DNA of 36,139 nucleotides from Armatimonadota bacterium (GTDB taxonomy: Bacteria > Armatimonadota > DTGP01 > JAHWJO01), in contig JAHWJO010000001.1 of assembly GCA_019348365.1 (NCBI GenBank), positions 1 to 36,139 of the forward strand, read 5' to 3'. Both the position numbers and the translations under genes were made by a program. The notes beneath the pieces were generated by a model. The model was not told the origin of the DNA and ran no database searches. It saw only the letters and a program-made list of their open reading frames with translations. Positions 26,487 to 35,445 of the stretch are shown piece after piece (the first letter of the stretch is position 1; each line of letters begins with the position of its first letter).

Positions 26487-28556
26487 TCAGTTGTCCGGCC
26501 ACCAGCCGACGTTCAGCCCGACGATGCGCTGCAACAGCGTCACCACGTCCGCCGTGGAGATTCGACCGTCCCCCATCCGGCCCGTCAGCTCGACCGGCGC
26601 CGGATCGTTCGGGCGAAGCCGGGGGGCCACGTCCCCGTAGTACTGCTGCTCCGGCGCCAGAGATTCCAGCCCCACCACCGCGCGCAGGGCGAGGATCACG
26701 TCCCGGAGATCCAGCGAATCGTCCCCGTTGAGGTCCCCGAACCGCCGGTTGACGAAGGCGATCAGGTCGAGGCGCATCTGAACCTCCCGCATCCCGGTCT
26801 CCGTCTGAAGCTGGCCCCGGATCTCCATGGGAATCGGCGAGACGCCCCGGGGTTCCGTCAGGGTGGACGGAAAGAAGGCTTCGACGTAGAGGAACGGCGC
26901 AGGACCCTTTGCCGGAGCGTTCATGATGAAATCCACCCCATTCTCCCGCGCCTCGAAGCTCTTGACCCCCAGTAGGGGGGAGCGCGCGATCCGGGTAACT
27001 CGCGGGCCGTTCGCTCCTCCCTCCGGGATCGAGAAGCTCAGGCTGCCCCCGATGACCCCGTTCGCCTGGGGAGAGAGGAAGATCGGGACATTGACCTTCC
27101 GGCCCCGGTACGCTTCGACCGCGTAGCCCTGGATCCATGCGCCCGCCGCGCTAAGAGGAGTCACCTGCCGGATTCGGAATGAATCGAAGCTCACCTCGAA
27201 CGGGACGCGGTCCGCGACCTCCGGGTCCAGGGAATAGACCCCGACGAGCACCGTTTCCGGCAGGCTCCCGAAGTGCGCCTCCCCCGCGTACTGCCAGATG
27301 CCCCCGTCGCTCTCCCGGAAATACGCGGTGAGCGTGGGGCCTCGTCGCGCCAGGCGGAGCCACACGCCGGCCTGTCCCGACTGCGTTTCGTAGAGCGCCT
27401 GGAAATTATCTTTCTCCTGCTTCTCCAGCAAGATCTGGTTGGCGTAATGAACGCCGTGGTTCAGACGGACGTAATTCTTCTGGTCGATCCAGAGGAGGAT
27501 TCCGCCGGTCCCCCGCTGGCGGTCCGGTCGTAAGGTGGGCCGGACGAACGTCTCCGCCTCGAAGTCCCCCCGGTAGGCGCGCAGGAGTCGCGGAGCGTCC
27601 TGGTTCTTGGGCGGCCACAGGTTGGCGAACCGGGGGGCGAGGATCGTGAGCCACCCCGGAAAGCTGGCGAAATCGGGCCCGGTCTCGCGCCGGTAATCGA
27701 CGAAGGCCCAATCGGGGGAAAGCGGCCCATCGAACGGGTCGAAGAAATCCCCCTCGCGGGCCGGCAGGAGGTGGAACGGGATGATCAGCCCCCGGCTTTC
27801 GGTCCAGTCGGCCAGGAACAGGCGCGTTTCGGTCGGCTCGGGGATCGTGTCGGGAGCGGTGTAGGTCTGGGTGGCGGGATTCCAGTGCCCCGGACCCTGG
27901 AGCCGCCATTCCAGCCCCTCCGTCGTGGCGGGAAGGTTGACCCCATTCCGCGTGAGGGTGATCCGCTCCGACATGTTGGGGCCCAGCGGGATGACCGTCG
28001 GGGTGAAGCGGATGCTTCGCGAGACCTCGAAGATCTGGAAGAGGATAGTGGCGGGCTCGCTGACGGACCGGCCGTCGCTGACGCGGAACGTGAAGGTGAC
28101 GGGATCAGTGGAACCGAGCGCCGCAGTGTAGTCGAGCGTAGGCGGCGCGCCGATGAGATGGCCCCGCTCGGGACCACTTACGATTTCGAAGGTCAGGGGA
28201 TCGCCGTCGGGATCGCTGCCGGTCAGTCTCACCGGCGTCGCCCCGTCCCGGAGGATGCCCAGGACCTGCCCATGCGCGACCGGCGGCCGGTTATCGCTCA
28301 GGACAATGGGCGAGGGCGAGGCGGTTTGCCACCGCAGCCATGGGTTCATTCCGGCGAGGAGTCCGCGTTTCGTGTCGGCAACGCCGTTCACCGATGACGG
28401 AGGAAGCGAAGACTGAGCGTTTATCGGAACTGAAACAAATATTCCGGCTCCCCACACCAGCAACAGGGTGAGGTATCGGAGGGAGAGAGAGGAGAGACGC
28501 ACAACGGAACGATGGAAGAGAGTCATGGGTGAACGGTGTTTCTGTGAGGGACGCAT
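26487..28556 (-). CDS. secreted multidomain protein: Ig/cadherin-like module, ConA-like (lectin/glucanase-type) module, cohesin-like module, C-terminal dockerin-like EF-hand pair
   Basis: Signal peptide. LTGSDPDGDPLTFEIVSGP...TFTFRVSDG is a cadherin/Ig-like signature. GDLNGDDSLDLRDVILALRAVVG and GDGRISTADVVTLLQRIVG are dockerin-type repeats. The middle-domain calls rest on pattern recognition only. Confidence 0.6.
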   Translation of the reverse strand: MRPSQKHRSPMTLFHRSVVRLSSLSLRYLTLLLVWGAGIFVSVPINAQSSLPPSSVNGVADTKRGLLAGMNPWLRWQTASPSPIVLSDNRPPVAHGQVLGILRDGATPVRLTGSDPDGDPLTFEIVSGPERGHLIGAPPTLDYTAALGSTDPVTFTFRVSDGRSVSEPATILFQIFEVSRSIRFTPTVIPLGPNMSERITLTRNGVNLPATTEGLEWRLQGPGHWNPATQTYTAPDTIPEPTETRLFLADWTESRGLIIPFHLLPAREGDFFDPFDGPLSPDWAFVDYRRETGPDFASFPGWLTILAPRFANLWPPKNQDAPRLLRAYRGDFEAETFVRPTLRPDRQRGTGGILLWIDQKNYVRLNHGVHYANQILLEKQEKDNFQALYETQSGQAGVWLRLARRGPTLTAYFRESDGGIWQYAGEAHFGSLPETVLVGVYSLDPEVADRVPFEVSFDSFRIRQVTPLSAAGAWIQGYAVEAYRGRKVNVPIFLSPQANGVIGGSLSFSIPEGGANGPRVTRIARSPLLGVKSFEARENGVDFIMNAPAKGPAPFLYVEAFFPSTLTEPRGVSPIPMEIRGQLQTETGMREVQMRLDLIAFVNRRFGDLNGDDSLDLRDVILALRAVVGLESLAPEQQYYGDVAPRLRPNDPAPVELTGRMGDGRISTADVVTLLQRIVGLNVGWWPDN

Positions 28557-28900
28557 GGATTTCGTTTAGAGACAGAAGAATCGCACATATTCTGGAGGCT
28601 ACTTGGTCTTATCGGGCGGGCATACTCTGGAAAGTGAGACGCTCGCTCCCCCGTGGAGGGGCGCCTCTTATTTCTATTATAAGCGAAGAGTAGCAATCTT
28701 TCGGTCTAAAATCATCCTGATTCTGGCCAAGTTTTCATGCTCGCTTCGATAGCATCCGACCCTATCGGGAGTGTGGAATGCTCCTCCCTCTATTCAGGGG
28801 GCAAAGAGGGGGTCGGAGGAACAAAGCCACCTCTTTGCATCGTCAGAGAGATGAGGGGGAAATTCAGACCCTCCGCAACGGATTCCTGGGGAGACACACC

Positions 28901-30199
28901 ATGCTGCGAAGGCTCTTTATACTGGGACTCCTATTGGCTCAAGGGTTATCCTGGGGCTGTCTGAACGACCGGGATTCGCTGGAGATGGAGGCGGATAGAT
29001 TCCCGGATACGGCGAAGGTCATCACCGGGCACTTCGAGCGGAATCCGCCGCTCTACTATGAGATGCGCCTGAATCGGGTCGCCGCCGAAAATGGCGCGCA
29101 CCCGGACCGCCTCGCCGCCTACGACGATGCCGGCGTGGCCGCCGACCGGCTGGGACGCTCGGCGGAGGGCATCCGGTGGATGGAGGCGAAGCGGGAACAC
29201 CTGGAGCGCATCGATCCGAAGCAGGTCTCCCAGAAAGAGCACTGGTACCGCTACTACGCGAACGTCGGCACGTTCCGGGTCCACCGCTGGCTGAAGGAAG
29301 GGGCGGACCGGAGCCGGCTGGCCGAGGTCAAGCGGGCCCGGAATGAGATCGCCCGCGCCATCGAGATCAAGCCCGACGCGCACTTCGGGCGGGAAAAGTA
29401 CCAGCTCGACGCGATGAACTGGATCCTCTACCCCGGCAAGCTGAACGGCAAGCCCGAACCGTTTGCTGCCTACCTCTACCGGAAACGGATCCAGCCGTTA
29501 CAGGGAGACAGCGATGCCCGATCAGAAGCGACGGATGCGGCGATCAAAGGGCTGTCCGGCCTGATCGTGATGGGGAACGCGTGGGAGAGCGTCGATATTT
29601 TCCATGCACTCTCCGCGATGCTGGATAGCAAGGGACTGGGTTCGCTGGCACACCTGGCCCGTCTGCGCCAGGAAGAGTTGATCCGTCGTGGACGGAAGCC
29701 CCTCTATGCCGCCGCCGATCTGGATGCACCCATCGGCAGGAGGGATGGAGTCAGCCCCCGCGAGAAGGCGAGGGTGGAGAAAGATTACCGTCGCCTCCGG
29801 GAACGGGCGGATGCGTGGCAGGAACGCCGGGCCGGTGCCATGCTCTCCCGGCTCCGCTCCGGCAGTCACCCGGACACGGACCGCGCCTTCTGGGACGGCG
29901 TGGAGGAGAAGAATCCGCCCGAGCTCGCTTTCACCCGGCGATACGGCGCGTACATCCCTTACATTCTCATGCTCCTCGTCATTCTCATCCCGCTGATCCT
30001 GATCGCGGCCCTCTTCTGTAAGTTGTGCTGGAAGGCGGCGAAAGTCATCGCTCTTCCGCTGAAGGAAAGGTACTCGCGGGGAAAGACGAGACGGCTACAA
30101 GAGGAGAGGATACCCCCCCCGGCAGAGGCGGAACCTCTCCCGGAATACCTGGCTGTTTGCGAGGACCGCGAGCAGGAGAAAGTGGAAGCCCTACATTAG
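28901..30199 (+). CDS. hypothetical lipoprotein-like protein with a C-terminal transmembrane helix
   Basis: ATG 28901 gives MLRRLFILGLLLAQGLSWGC (signal plus Cys). Long helical Arg/Glu-rich body. TM segment YIPYILMLLVILIPLILIAALF near the C-terminus, followed by a charged tail. No family recognised. Confidence 0.6.
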   Translation: MLRRLFILGLLLAQGLSWGCLNDRDSLEMEADRFPDTAKVITGHFERNPPLYYEMRLNRVAAENGAHPDRLAAYDDAGVAADRLGRSAEGIRWMEAKREHLERIDPKQVSQKEHWYRYYANVGTFRVHRWLKEGADRSRLAEVKRARNEIARAIEIKPDAHFGREKYQLDAMNWILYPGKLNGKPEPFAAYLYRKRIQPLQGDSDARSEATDAAIKGLSGLIVMGNAWESVDIFHALSAMLDSKGLGSLAHLARLRQEELIRRGRKPLYAAADLDAPIGRRDGVSPREKARVEKDYRRLRERADAWQERRAGAMLSRLRSGSHPDTDRAFWDGVEEKNPPELAFTRRYGAYIPYILMLLVILIPLILIAALFCKLCWKAAKVIALPLKERYSRGKTRRLQEERIPPPAEAEPLPEYLAVCEDREQEKVEALH

Positions 30200-32791
30200 G
30201 TTCATCGGGTCCACGTCGATGACCATGCTCTGCCGGACCGCGCGGTCCAGCCCCTCGACCGCCGGGCGCAGGACCTTGTTCATCGTGCGGAGGTCCGGGG
30301 CCTTCAGCACCAGATGCCACCGGTACTTCCCCTTGATCCGCTCCATCGGCGCGGCGGCGGGGCCAAGGACCGTCACCTTCGACTCCTCCCGCTCGATCTC
30401 CCGCTTCAACGCCTCGGCGATCTCGCCCGCGCGCTCCTTCGCCGTCTCCCGCGAGGGGTCGGAGATGACGAGGTTCGCCAGCCGGGAGAACGGCGGGTAG
30501 TTCAATCCCCCCTCCCGCCGGTGCTCGATCTCCTGCGCGTAGAAACTCGCATAGTCATGCTGGGCGGCGGCCTGGAGGCTGTAATGCTCCGGATTGAAGG
30601 TCTGCACGATGACCTCTCCAAGCAGGCTCCCCCGCCCCGCGCGCCCCGCGACCTGCGCGATGAGCCCGAAGCTCCGCTCCGCCGCCCGGAAGTCGGGGAG
30701 GTTGAGTGCGGTGTCCGCCGCGATGACCCCCACGAGCGTCACGCGGGGGAAGTCGAGCCCTTTCGCCACCATCTGCGTCCCGATGAGGATATCGGCCTCG
30801 CCCTGCCGGAACGCCGCCAGCAGCTCGTGGTGGGAGCCTTTGCGGGAGGTGGTGTCGCGGTCCATCCGCAGCAGCCGCGCGTCGGGGAAGAGGCGGCGGC
30901 ACTCCTCTTCCAGCTTCTCCGTCCCCAGCCCGAAGTGCCGGATGCGCTCGCTCTCGCACTTCGGGCATTTCGTGGGGGCGCGGCGGCGGTGGTCGCAGTG
31001 GTGGCACTGGAGGAGCCGCTGCTCGTGGTGGTAGGTAAGGGTGACGCTGCAATTCGGGCACATCGCGGTGTAGCCGCAGTCCCGGCAGAGGACGAACGTG
31101 GCGTACCCGCGCCGGTTGAGGAAGAGGATCGCCTGTTCCCTGTTCCGCAGCCGCTCCTCCATCCGCTCGGCCAGCTCCTCCGAGAAGATCTGGGGCGTGC
31201 CCTCCGGAGCGCGCAGGTCGATGATCCGCACCTCCGGCAGCGGGCGGTTGTCGATGCGGGTGGGCATCTCCAGGAGCTTTAAAATCTCCTGCTCCGCCCA
31301 GTAGTAGGTCTCCACCGAGGGGGTCGCGCTGCCGAGGACGAGTACGCCGCCGTCGAGCTGCGCCCGCCGCGCCGCCACGTCGCGGGTGTGGTAGCGGGGT
31401 GTGCTCTCCTGCTTGTAAGAGGTCTCGTGCTCCTCGTCGAGGATGACGAGGCCGATCTTCTTCAGGGGCGCAAAGACCGCGCTCCGCGCCCCCACGACGA
31501 CTGCCGCTTCGCCGCGCTGGATGCGCATCCACTCGTCGTACCGCTCGCCGTCCGAGAGGGCGGAGTGCAGCACCGCCACCCGCGCCCCGAACCGGCTTCG
31601 CACCGTGTCCATCATCTGCGCCGTCAGCGAGATCTCCGGCACAAGGAGCAACCCCTGCCGGCCCGACGCGGCGCAGGCTTCCAGGGCGTGAAGGTACACC
31701 TCCGTCTTGCCGCTCGCGGTGACGCCGTGCAGCAGGAATCGCTCCCCGCCGGGTACTTTCAGCGCCTTCGTGATGGCGTTCAGCGCCCTCTTCTGCTCCA
31801 TGTTGAGAGTAACAGGCTGCTTCAAGCCTTCACTCTTGCCTGTTGCCTGTTGCCTGTTGCCTGAAGTAAACGGATCTCGCCCGATGGCGACCTCCTCCGA
31901 GACTAGGAGGCCTTTCTTCTCCAGCGCGGTGAAGACCGCCGGGGTCAGGCCGAGTCGCTGCTGGAGGTCGGTCTGGAGGACGGGTTCGGTGGCGTTGACG
32001 AGGGACGCGACGACGGTGGCTTGTTTCGCGGAGAGCCCCGCGAAGTCCCCGCGCCACGATCCTGCGAGCCGCCATGCCTTCCGAAGCTTCGGCTTCATCT
32101 TCGGGGGCTTGAGGACGTACCGCTCCTCCACCACGCCCCGCTCCTTCAGCTTCTTGAGGAGGGCGAGGGGCTGGGGCGTCCGTTCCGTGCGGAGGGCGGA
32201 TGGGGTGGCGTGGCCGCCCAGCTCCCGCAGCCGCTCAGCGACGGCGCGCTGTCCGGGGGGAAGGACGCTCAACTCCACGTTCGGGCGGAGCTGGAAGCCG
32301 CGCTTCACCTGCGCGGTGATCGCCTCCGGCACGATACAGCGCAGGCTGTCGCGGGGGGTGCAGTGATACCGCTCGGCCATCCACCGGGCCAGCTCCCACT
32401 GCCGCTCATCGAAGAACGGCTCGGCTTCCAGCACGTCCACGATCTCTTTGAGGGTGTCGGGTCGTTGGGTCGTTGGGTCGTTGGGTGAGGGGATCGTTGG
32501 GTCGTTGTGTCGTTGGGTGAGGGGGACCAATTCGTTGGAACTGGACGGGGAGGTTGAGGGGAGGGGGCTGCCGACTTCCTCCCCGACTTCCGACTGCCCC
32601 TCCCAACGACCCAACGACCCAACGACCCCGCCACCCACCACGAAGCCGAGGAGCGTTTGCCCTCCGAACGGGACCACCACGGCGGACCCAACGGGAGGGA
32701 CGGGCAGGGGTTCCGGGACCCGGTATGTGAAGGGGTGACGAAGGTCGGAGACCTCGGCATCCACCACAACGGCAATAAGACGGTCATTCAC
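30191..32791 (-). CDS. priA: primosomal protein N' (replication restart helicase PriA)
   Basis: Walker A GVTASGKTEVY, DEEH box, Cys-rich zinc region CRDCGYTAMCPNCSVTLTYHHEQRLLQCHHCDHRRRAPTKCPKCES, and the N-terminal 3'-DNA-binding-domain pattern VVPFGGQTLLGFVV...LKEIVDVL. Start set to GTG 32791 (VNDRLIAVVVDA); ATG 32902 is the alternative. Confidence 0.92.
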   Translation of the reverse strand: MNDRLIAVVVDAEVSDLRHPFTYRVPEPLPVPPVGSAVVVPFGGQTLLGFVVGGGVVGSLGRWEGQSEVGEEVGSPLPSTSPSSSNELVPLTQRHNDPTIPSPNDPTTQRPDTLKEIVDVLEAEPFFDERQWELARWMAERYHCTPRDSLRCIVPEAITAQVKRGFQLRPNVELSVLPPGQRAVAERLRELGGHATPSALRTERTPQPLALLKKLKERGVVEERYVLKPPKMKPKLRKAWRLAGSWRGDFAGLSAKQATVVASLVNATEPVLQTDLQQRLGLTPAVFTALEKKGLLVSEEVAIGRDPFTSGNRQQATGKSEGLKQPVTLNMEQKRALNAITKALKVPGGERFLLHGVTASGKTEVYLHALEACAASGRQGLLLVPEISLTAQMMDTVRSRFGARVAVLHSALSDGERYDEWMRIQRGEAAVVVGARSAVFAPLKKIGLVILDEEHETSYKQESTPRYHTRDVAARRAQLDGGVLVLGSATPSVETYYWAEQEILKLLEMPTRIDNRPLPEVRIIDLRAPEGTPQIFSEELAERMEERLRNREQAILFLNRRGYATFVLCRDCGYTAMCPNCSVTLTYHHEQRLLQCHHCDHRRRAPTKCPKCESERIRHFGLGTEKLEEECRRLFPDARLLRMDRDTTSRKGSHHELLAAFRQGEADILIGTQMVAKGLDFPRVTLVGVIAADTALNLPDFRAAERSFGLIAQVAGRAGRGSLLGEVIVQTFNPEHYSLQAAAQHDYASFYAQEIEHRREGGLNYPPFSRLANLVISDPSRETAKERAGEIAEALKREIEREESKVTVLGPAAAPMERIKGKYRWHLVLKAPDLRTMNKVLRPAVEGLDRAVRQSMVIDVDPMNLM
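32459..32629. repeat. gggtcgtt-armed inverted-repeat element lying in frame inside priA
   Basis: Eight consecutive 8-nt units (gggtcgtt x3, gggtgagg, ggatcgtt, gggtcgtt, gtgtcgtt, gggtgagg) at 32459-32522. Three aacgaccc units at 32605-32628. Total span is 171 nt (57 codons). Confidence 0.85.
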
Positions 32792-32915
32792 ACCCTTATT
32801 ATGCCATGTGGGACCGGATTCACAGAGGGGATCGGGAGGAAGTGACGATGGTGGAGATCCCCTGCTATAGAGGCACGCCAGAGGAGGCCGCCTGGCTCTC
32901 AACTCCCCATCGAAT

Positions 32916-34214
32916 TTATTTCAGATAGGCCATCCAGTCCGACTGCGCCGACATCATCTCCTCGAACATACCCTCGATCTCCGGCAGGGAGCAGACGGCG
33001 GACGTGAGCGGGTCGAGCGCGAGGGCGTAGTACGCTTTCCGGCGGTCCTCCTCCAGCACCGCTTCGACGGTCATCTGCTGCACGGCGATGTTCGAGCGGT
33101 TGAGCCCCGCCAGCTGTCCCGGCAGCTCCCCGACCACGCAGGGGTGGACCCCCGTGTTGTCCACGAGGCACGGCACCTCCACGCAGCACCCTTCCGGCAG
33201 GTTGTCGATCAGCCCCCGGTTCGGCACGTTGCCGTTGAACCGGAACGGCTCGCCCGTGACGGACGAATGGATGATGTGGGAGGCGTACTCGTGCGAGCCT
33301 TTCAGGTTGATCGGCTCCTCCCCGGCGGCCTGTCTCAGCAGGGGCGAATCCTCCTTGCTCCAGCGCGTGACGGGCTCCGGGTTCGGCTCCTTGAACTCCA
33401 GACCCAGCGGCTCCATGATGTCGGGCCGCTTGCGGAAGTACGGGACGTACTCCGACATATGCCGCGTCGACTCGGTGACGAAATAATCGAAGTGGCGGAA
33501 CATCTCGAAGCGGACCGTATCTTTGGCGTAGATCTCCGGGTCCTCCATCGCCTGGCGAAGCAGGGGGTACGCATCCTCACCGTTCCATTTGAAGTCGAGG
33601 AACCAGGACATGTGGTTGATCCCGGCCACCCAGTAGGCGATCTCCTCCGGCGGCGCGCCGATATACCCCGCGAGCTGCTTCGAGGTGCCCTGAACGCTGT
33701 GGCAGAGGCCTACCGTCTTGATCGAGGTCGCTTTATCGATGGCCCAGCAGAGGGTCGCCATCGGGTTGGTGTAGTTGATCATCAGGGCGCCGGGGCAGAG
33801 TTCTTCCATGTCGCGGGCAATCGCCAGCAGCTCCGGTGCGACCCGCAGGGTACGGAAAATGCCCCCCGGCGCGAGGGTGTCCGCCACCGACTGGTCCACA
33901 CCGTATTTCTTGGGGATCATCTTATCGGCGTGGAAGAGCGGGCCGCTGTAGGCGGGTCCCCCAACGGCGATGGAGACGATGACGAAGTCGCTGCCCTCCA
34001 TCACGGCCCGCCGGTCGGTGTCGGAGAGGATTTTCGCGCCGGTCCCGTGAAGCTCCACGACGCGCCGGGCGTACCGGGTCGCGGGCTCCAGGTGGTCCGG
34101 GTTGATGTCCACCAGCGCGATGGTACTCTCTCGCAACTCCGGGTAGGACATGATATCGACGAGCAGGCGCTGGCAGAAAAAGCTTCCCGCCCCGATCATC
34201 GTGATTTTCGCCAC
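32916..34214 (-). CDS. glycoside hydrolase family 4 (NAD/Mn-dependent alpha-glucosidase/alpha-galactosidase, AglA/MelA-like)
   Basis: KITMIGAGSFF Rossmann N-terminus, NYTNPM and GLCHS motifs. GTG 34214 chosen because AGGAGG lies 7 nt upstream. Confidence 0.88.
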   Translation of the reverse strand: MAKITMIGAGSFFCQRLLVDIMSYPELRESTIALVDINPDHLEPATRYARRVVELHGTGAKILSDTDRRAVMEGSDFVIVSIAVGGPAYSGPLFHADKMIPKKYGVDQSVADTLAPGGIFRTLRVAPELLAIARDMEELCPGALMINYTNPMATLCWAIDKATSIKTVGLCHSVQGTSKQLAGYIGAPPEEIAYWVAGINHMSWFLDFKWNGEDAYPLLRQAMEDPEIYAKDTVRFEMFRHFDYFVTESTRHMSEYVPYFRKRPDIMEPLGLEFKEPNPEPVTRWSKEDSPLLRQAAGEEPINLKGSHEYASHIIHSSVTGEPFRFNGNVPNRGLIDNLPEGCCVEVPCLVDNTGVHPCVVGELPGQLAGLNRSNIAVQQMTVEAVLEEDRRKAYYALALDPLTSAVCSLPEIEGMFEEMMSAQSDWMAYLK

Positions 34215-34433
34215 AGGCTTCCTCCTATAGAATTCTATGCTACACAACAACGCTGATTAGAGTGCGATCTCTATCGTCACATCATTACGTGGTCATGAAT
34301 TGGGCCGGATCGTCTCGATCTCCTTCCCATTTCGTAAATCCTCATGGCATCGACAACGTCTCGCTTTCGTTCAGGGGGTGCCCCGCCTCATAATACAGAA
34401 GCACTCTTACCGAATACAGAAAAGGAGACGCGC

Positions 34434-35294
34434 ATGTACCGCTGTTTGAGTCCGGGAGCCATCGGCGTGAAGGCCGACCTGGAAGAGGGGCTTCGGCTGG
34501 CGAAGCTGGGAGGCTTTGGGGGGCTGGAGGTCGGGATCGGCGACATCGCCAGGCGAATCGATGAACAGGGGCAAAGCGCCGTGCTGGACCTCTTCCGGGA
34601 AGCGGAGATCCTGCCGGGCGCGTGGGGCCTGCCGGTGGACTGGCGCACCCCCGACGAATCCAAATTCGAGGCCGACCTGGAGAAGCTGCCCCGACTCGCC
34701 GCCGCCGGGGCCGCCATCGGCTGCACCCGCACCGCGACCTGGTTCATGTCGTTCTCGGACGAGCGGAATTACGAAGAGAACACCGAATGGCACGTTCGCC
34801 GGTTCTCCCCCATCGCCCGGATCCTGGCGGACCACGGCTGCTCGCTGGGGCTGGAATTCCTCGGGCCGAAGACGATCTACGACGGGCACCACTACGAGTT
34901 CGTCCACGATATGAACGCCGCGCTGGACCTCGCCGGGCGGATCGGGCCGAACGTGGGCCTCCTCCTCGACTGCTGGCACTGGTATCACGCCGAGAACACC
35001 ACCGGGGACATCCGGAAGACCTCCCCGGACAAGATCGTTTACGTCCACGTCAACGATGCGCCCGCTGGACGCCCGAAAGAGGAGATGAAGGACAGCCCCC
35101 GATGCCTGCCGGGAGAGACGGGCGTCATCGACATCACGGCGTTCCTCCAGGCGCTCCAGGAGATCGGTTACGACGGGCCGGTCACGCCGGAGCCGTTCAG
35201 CGAGACGCTGAAGAACACCGATTCGCAGGAAGAGAAGGTGCGGATCACCGGCGCATCCATGAAGAAGATCTGGCGACAGGCGGGATTGAGCTAA
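34434..35294 (+). CDS. sugar phosphate isomerase/epimerase (xylose isomerase-like TIM barrel)
   Basis: ATG 34434 preceded by AGGAG (34423-34427). Family-typical pattern ...LGLEFLGP...LLDCWHWY...VHVNDA...PGETGVID...GYDGPVTPEPF. Confidence 0.82.
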   Translation: MYRCLSPGAIGVKADLEEGLRLAKLGGFGGLEVGIGDIARRIDEQGQSAVLDLFREAEILPGAWGLPVDWRTPDESKFEADLEKLPRLAAAGAAIGCTRTATWFMSFSDERNYEENTEWHVRRFSPIARILADHGCSLGLEFLGPKTIYDGHHYEFVHDMNAALDLAGRIGPNVGLLLDCWHWYHAENTTGDIRKTSPDKIVYVHVNDAPAGRPKEEMKDSPRCLPGETGVIDITAFLQALQEIGYDGPVTPEPFSETLKNTDSQEEKVRITGASMKKIWRQAGLS

Positions 35295-35445
35295 GGGTCG
35301 TTGGGTCGTTGGGTCGTTGGGTCGTTGGAAAGTGCCCTCCCCTATTCGGGTGTGCAAGGGGCGTACGCTCTTGGAGTATAGACGAAAATGCGGGCGTTTA
35401 GCACTGACTCCCCAACGACCCCATCACCCGACGACCCAACGACCC
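35295..35445. repeat. gggtcgtt-armed inverted-repeat element, copy 2 (same family as 13207..13337)
   Basis: Left arm gggtcgtt x4 (35295-35328). Right arm ccaacgaccccatcacccgacgacccaacgaccc (35412-35445). 30 of 34 positions complementary. Shares the two conserved core blocks with copy 1. It fills the whole gap between two convergent stops. Confidence 0.9.

Noticed and set aside
32459-32522. CRISPR-like reading of the short direct repeats (here, and at 20771-20805 and 35295-35328).
   Set aside because: The units are 7-10 nt and strictly head-to-tail with no spacers. No cas genes are present.
34227-34238. Perfect 12-bp palindrome atagaattctat in the GH4 leader, considered as a repressor operator.
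   Set aside because: Any perfect 12-bp palindrome is expected several times by chance in 36 kb, and this one matches no operator consensus I know. I noted it only as a weak possibility.
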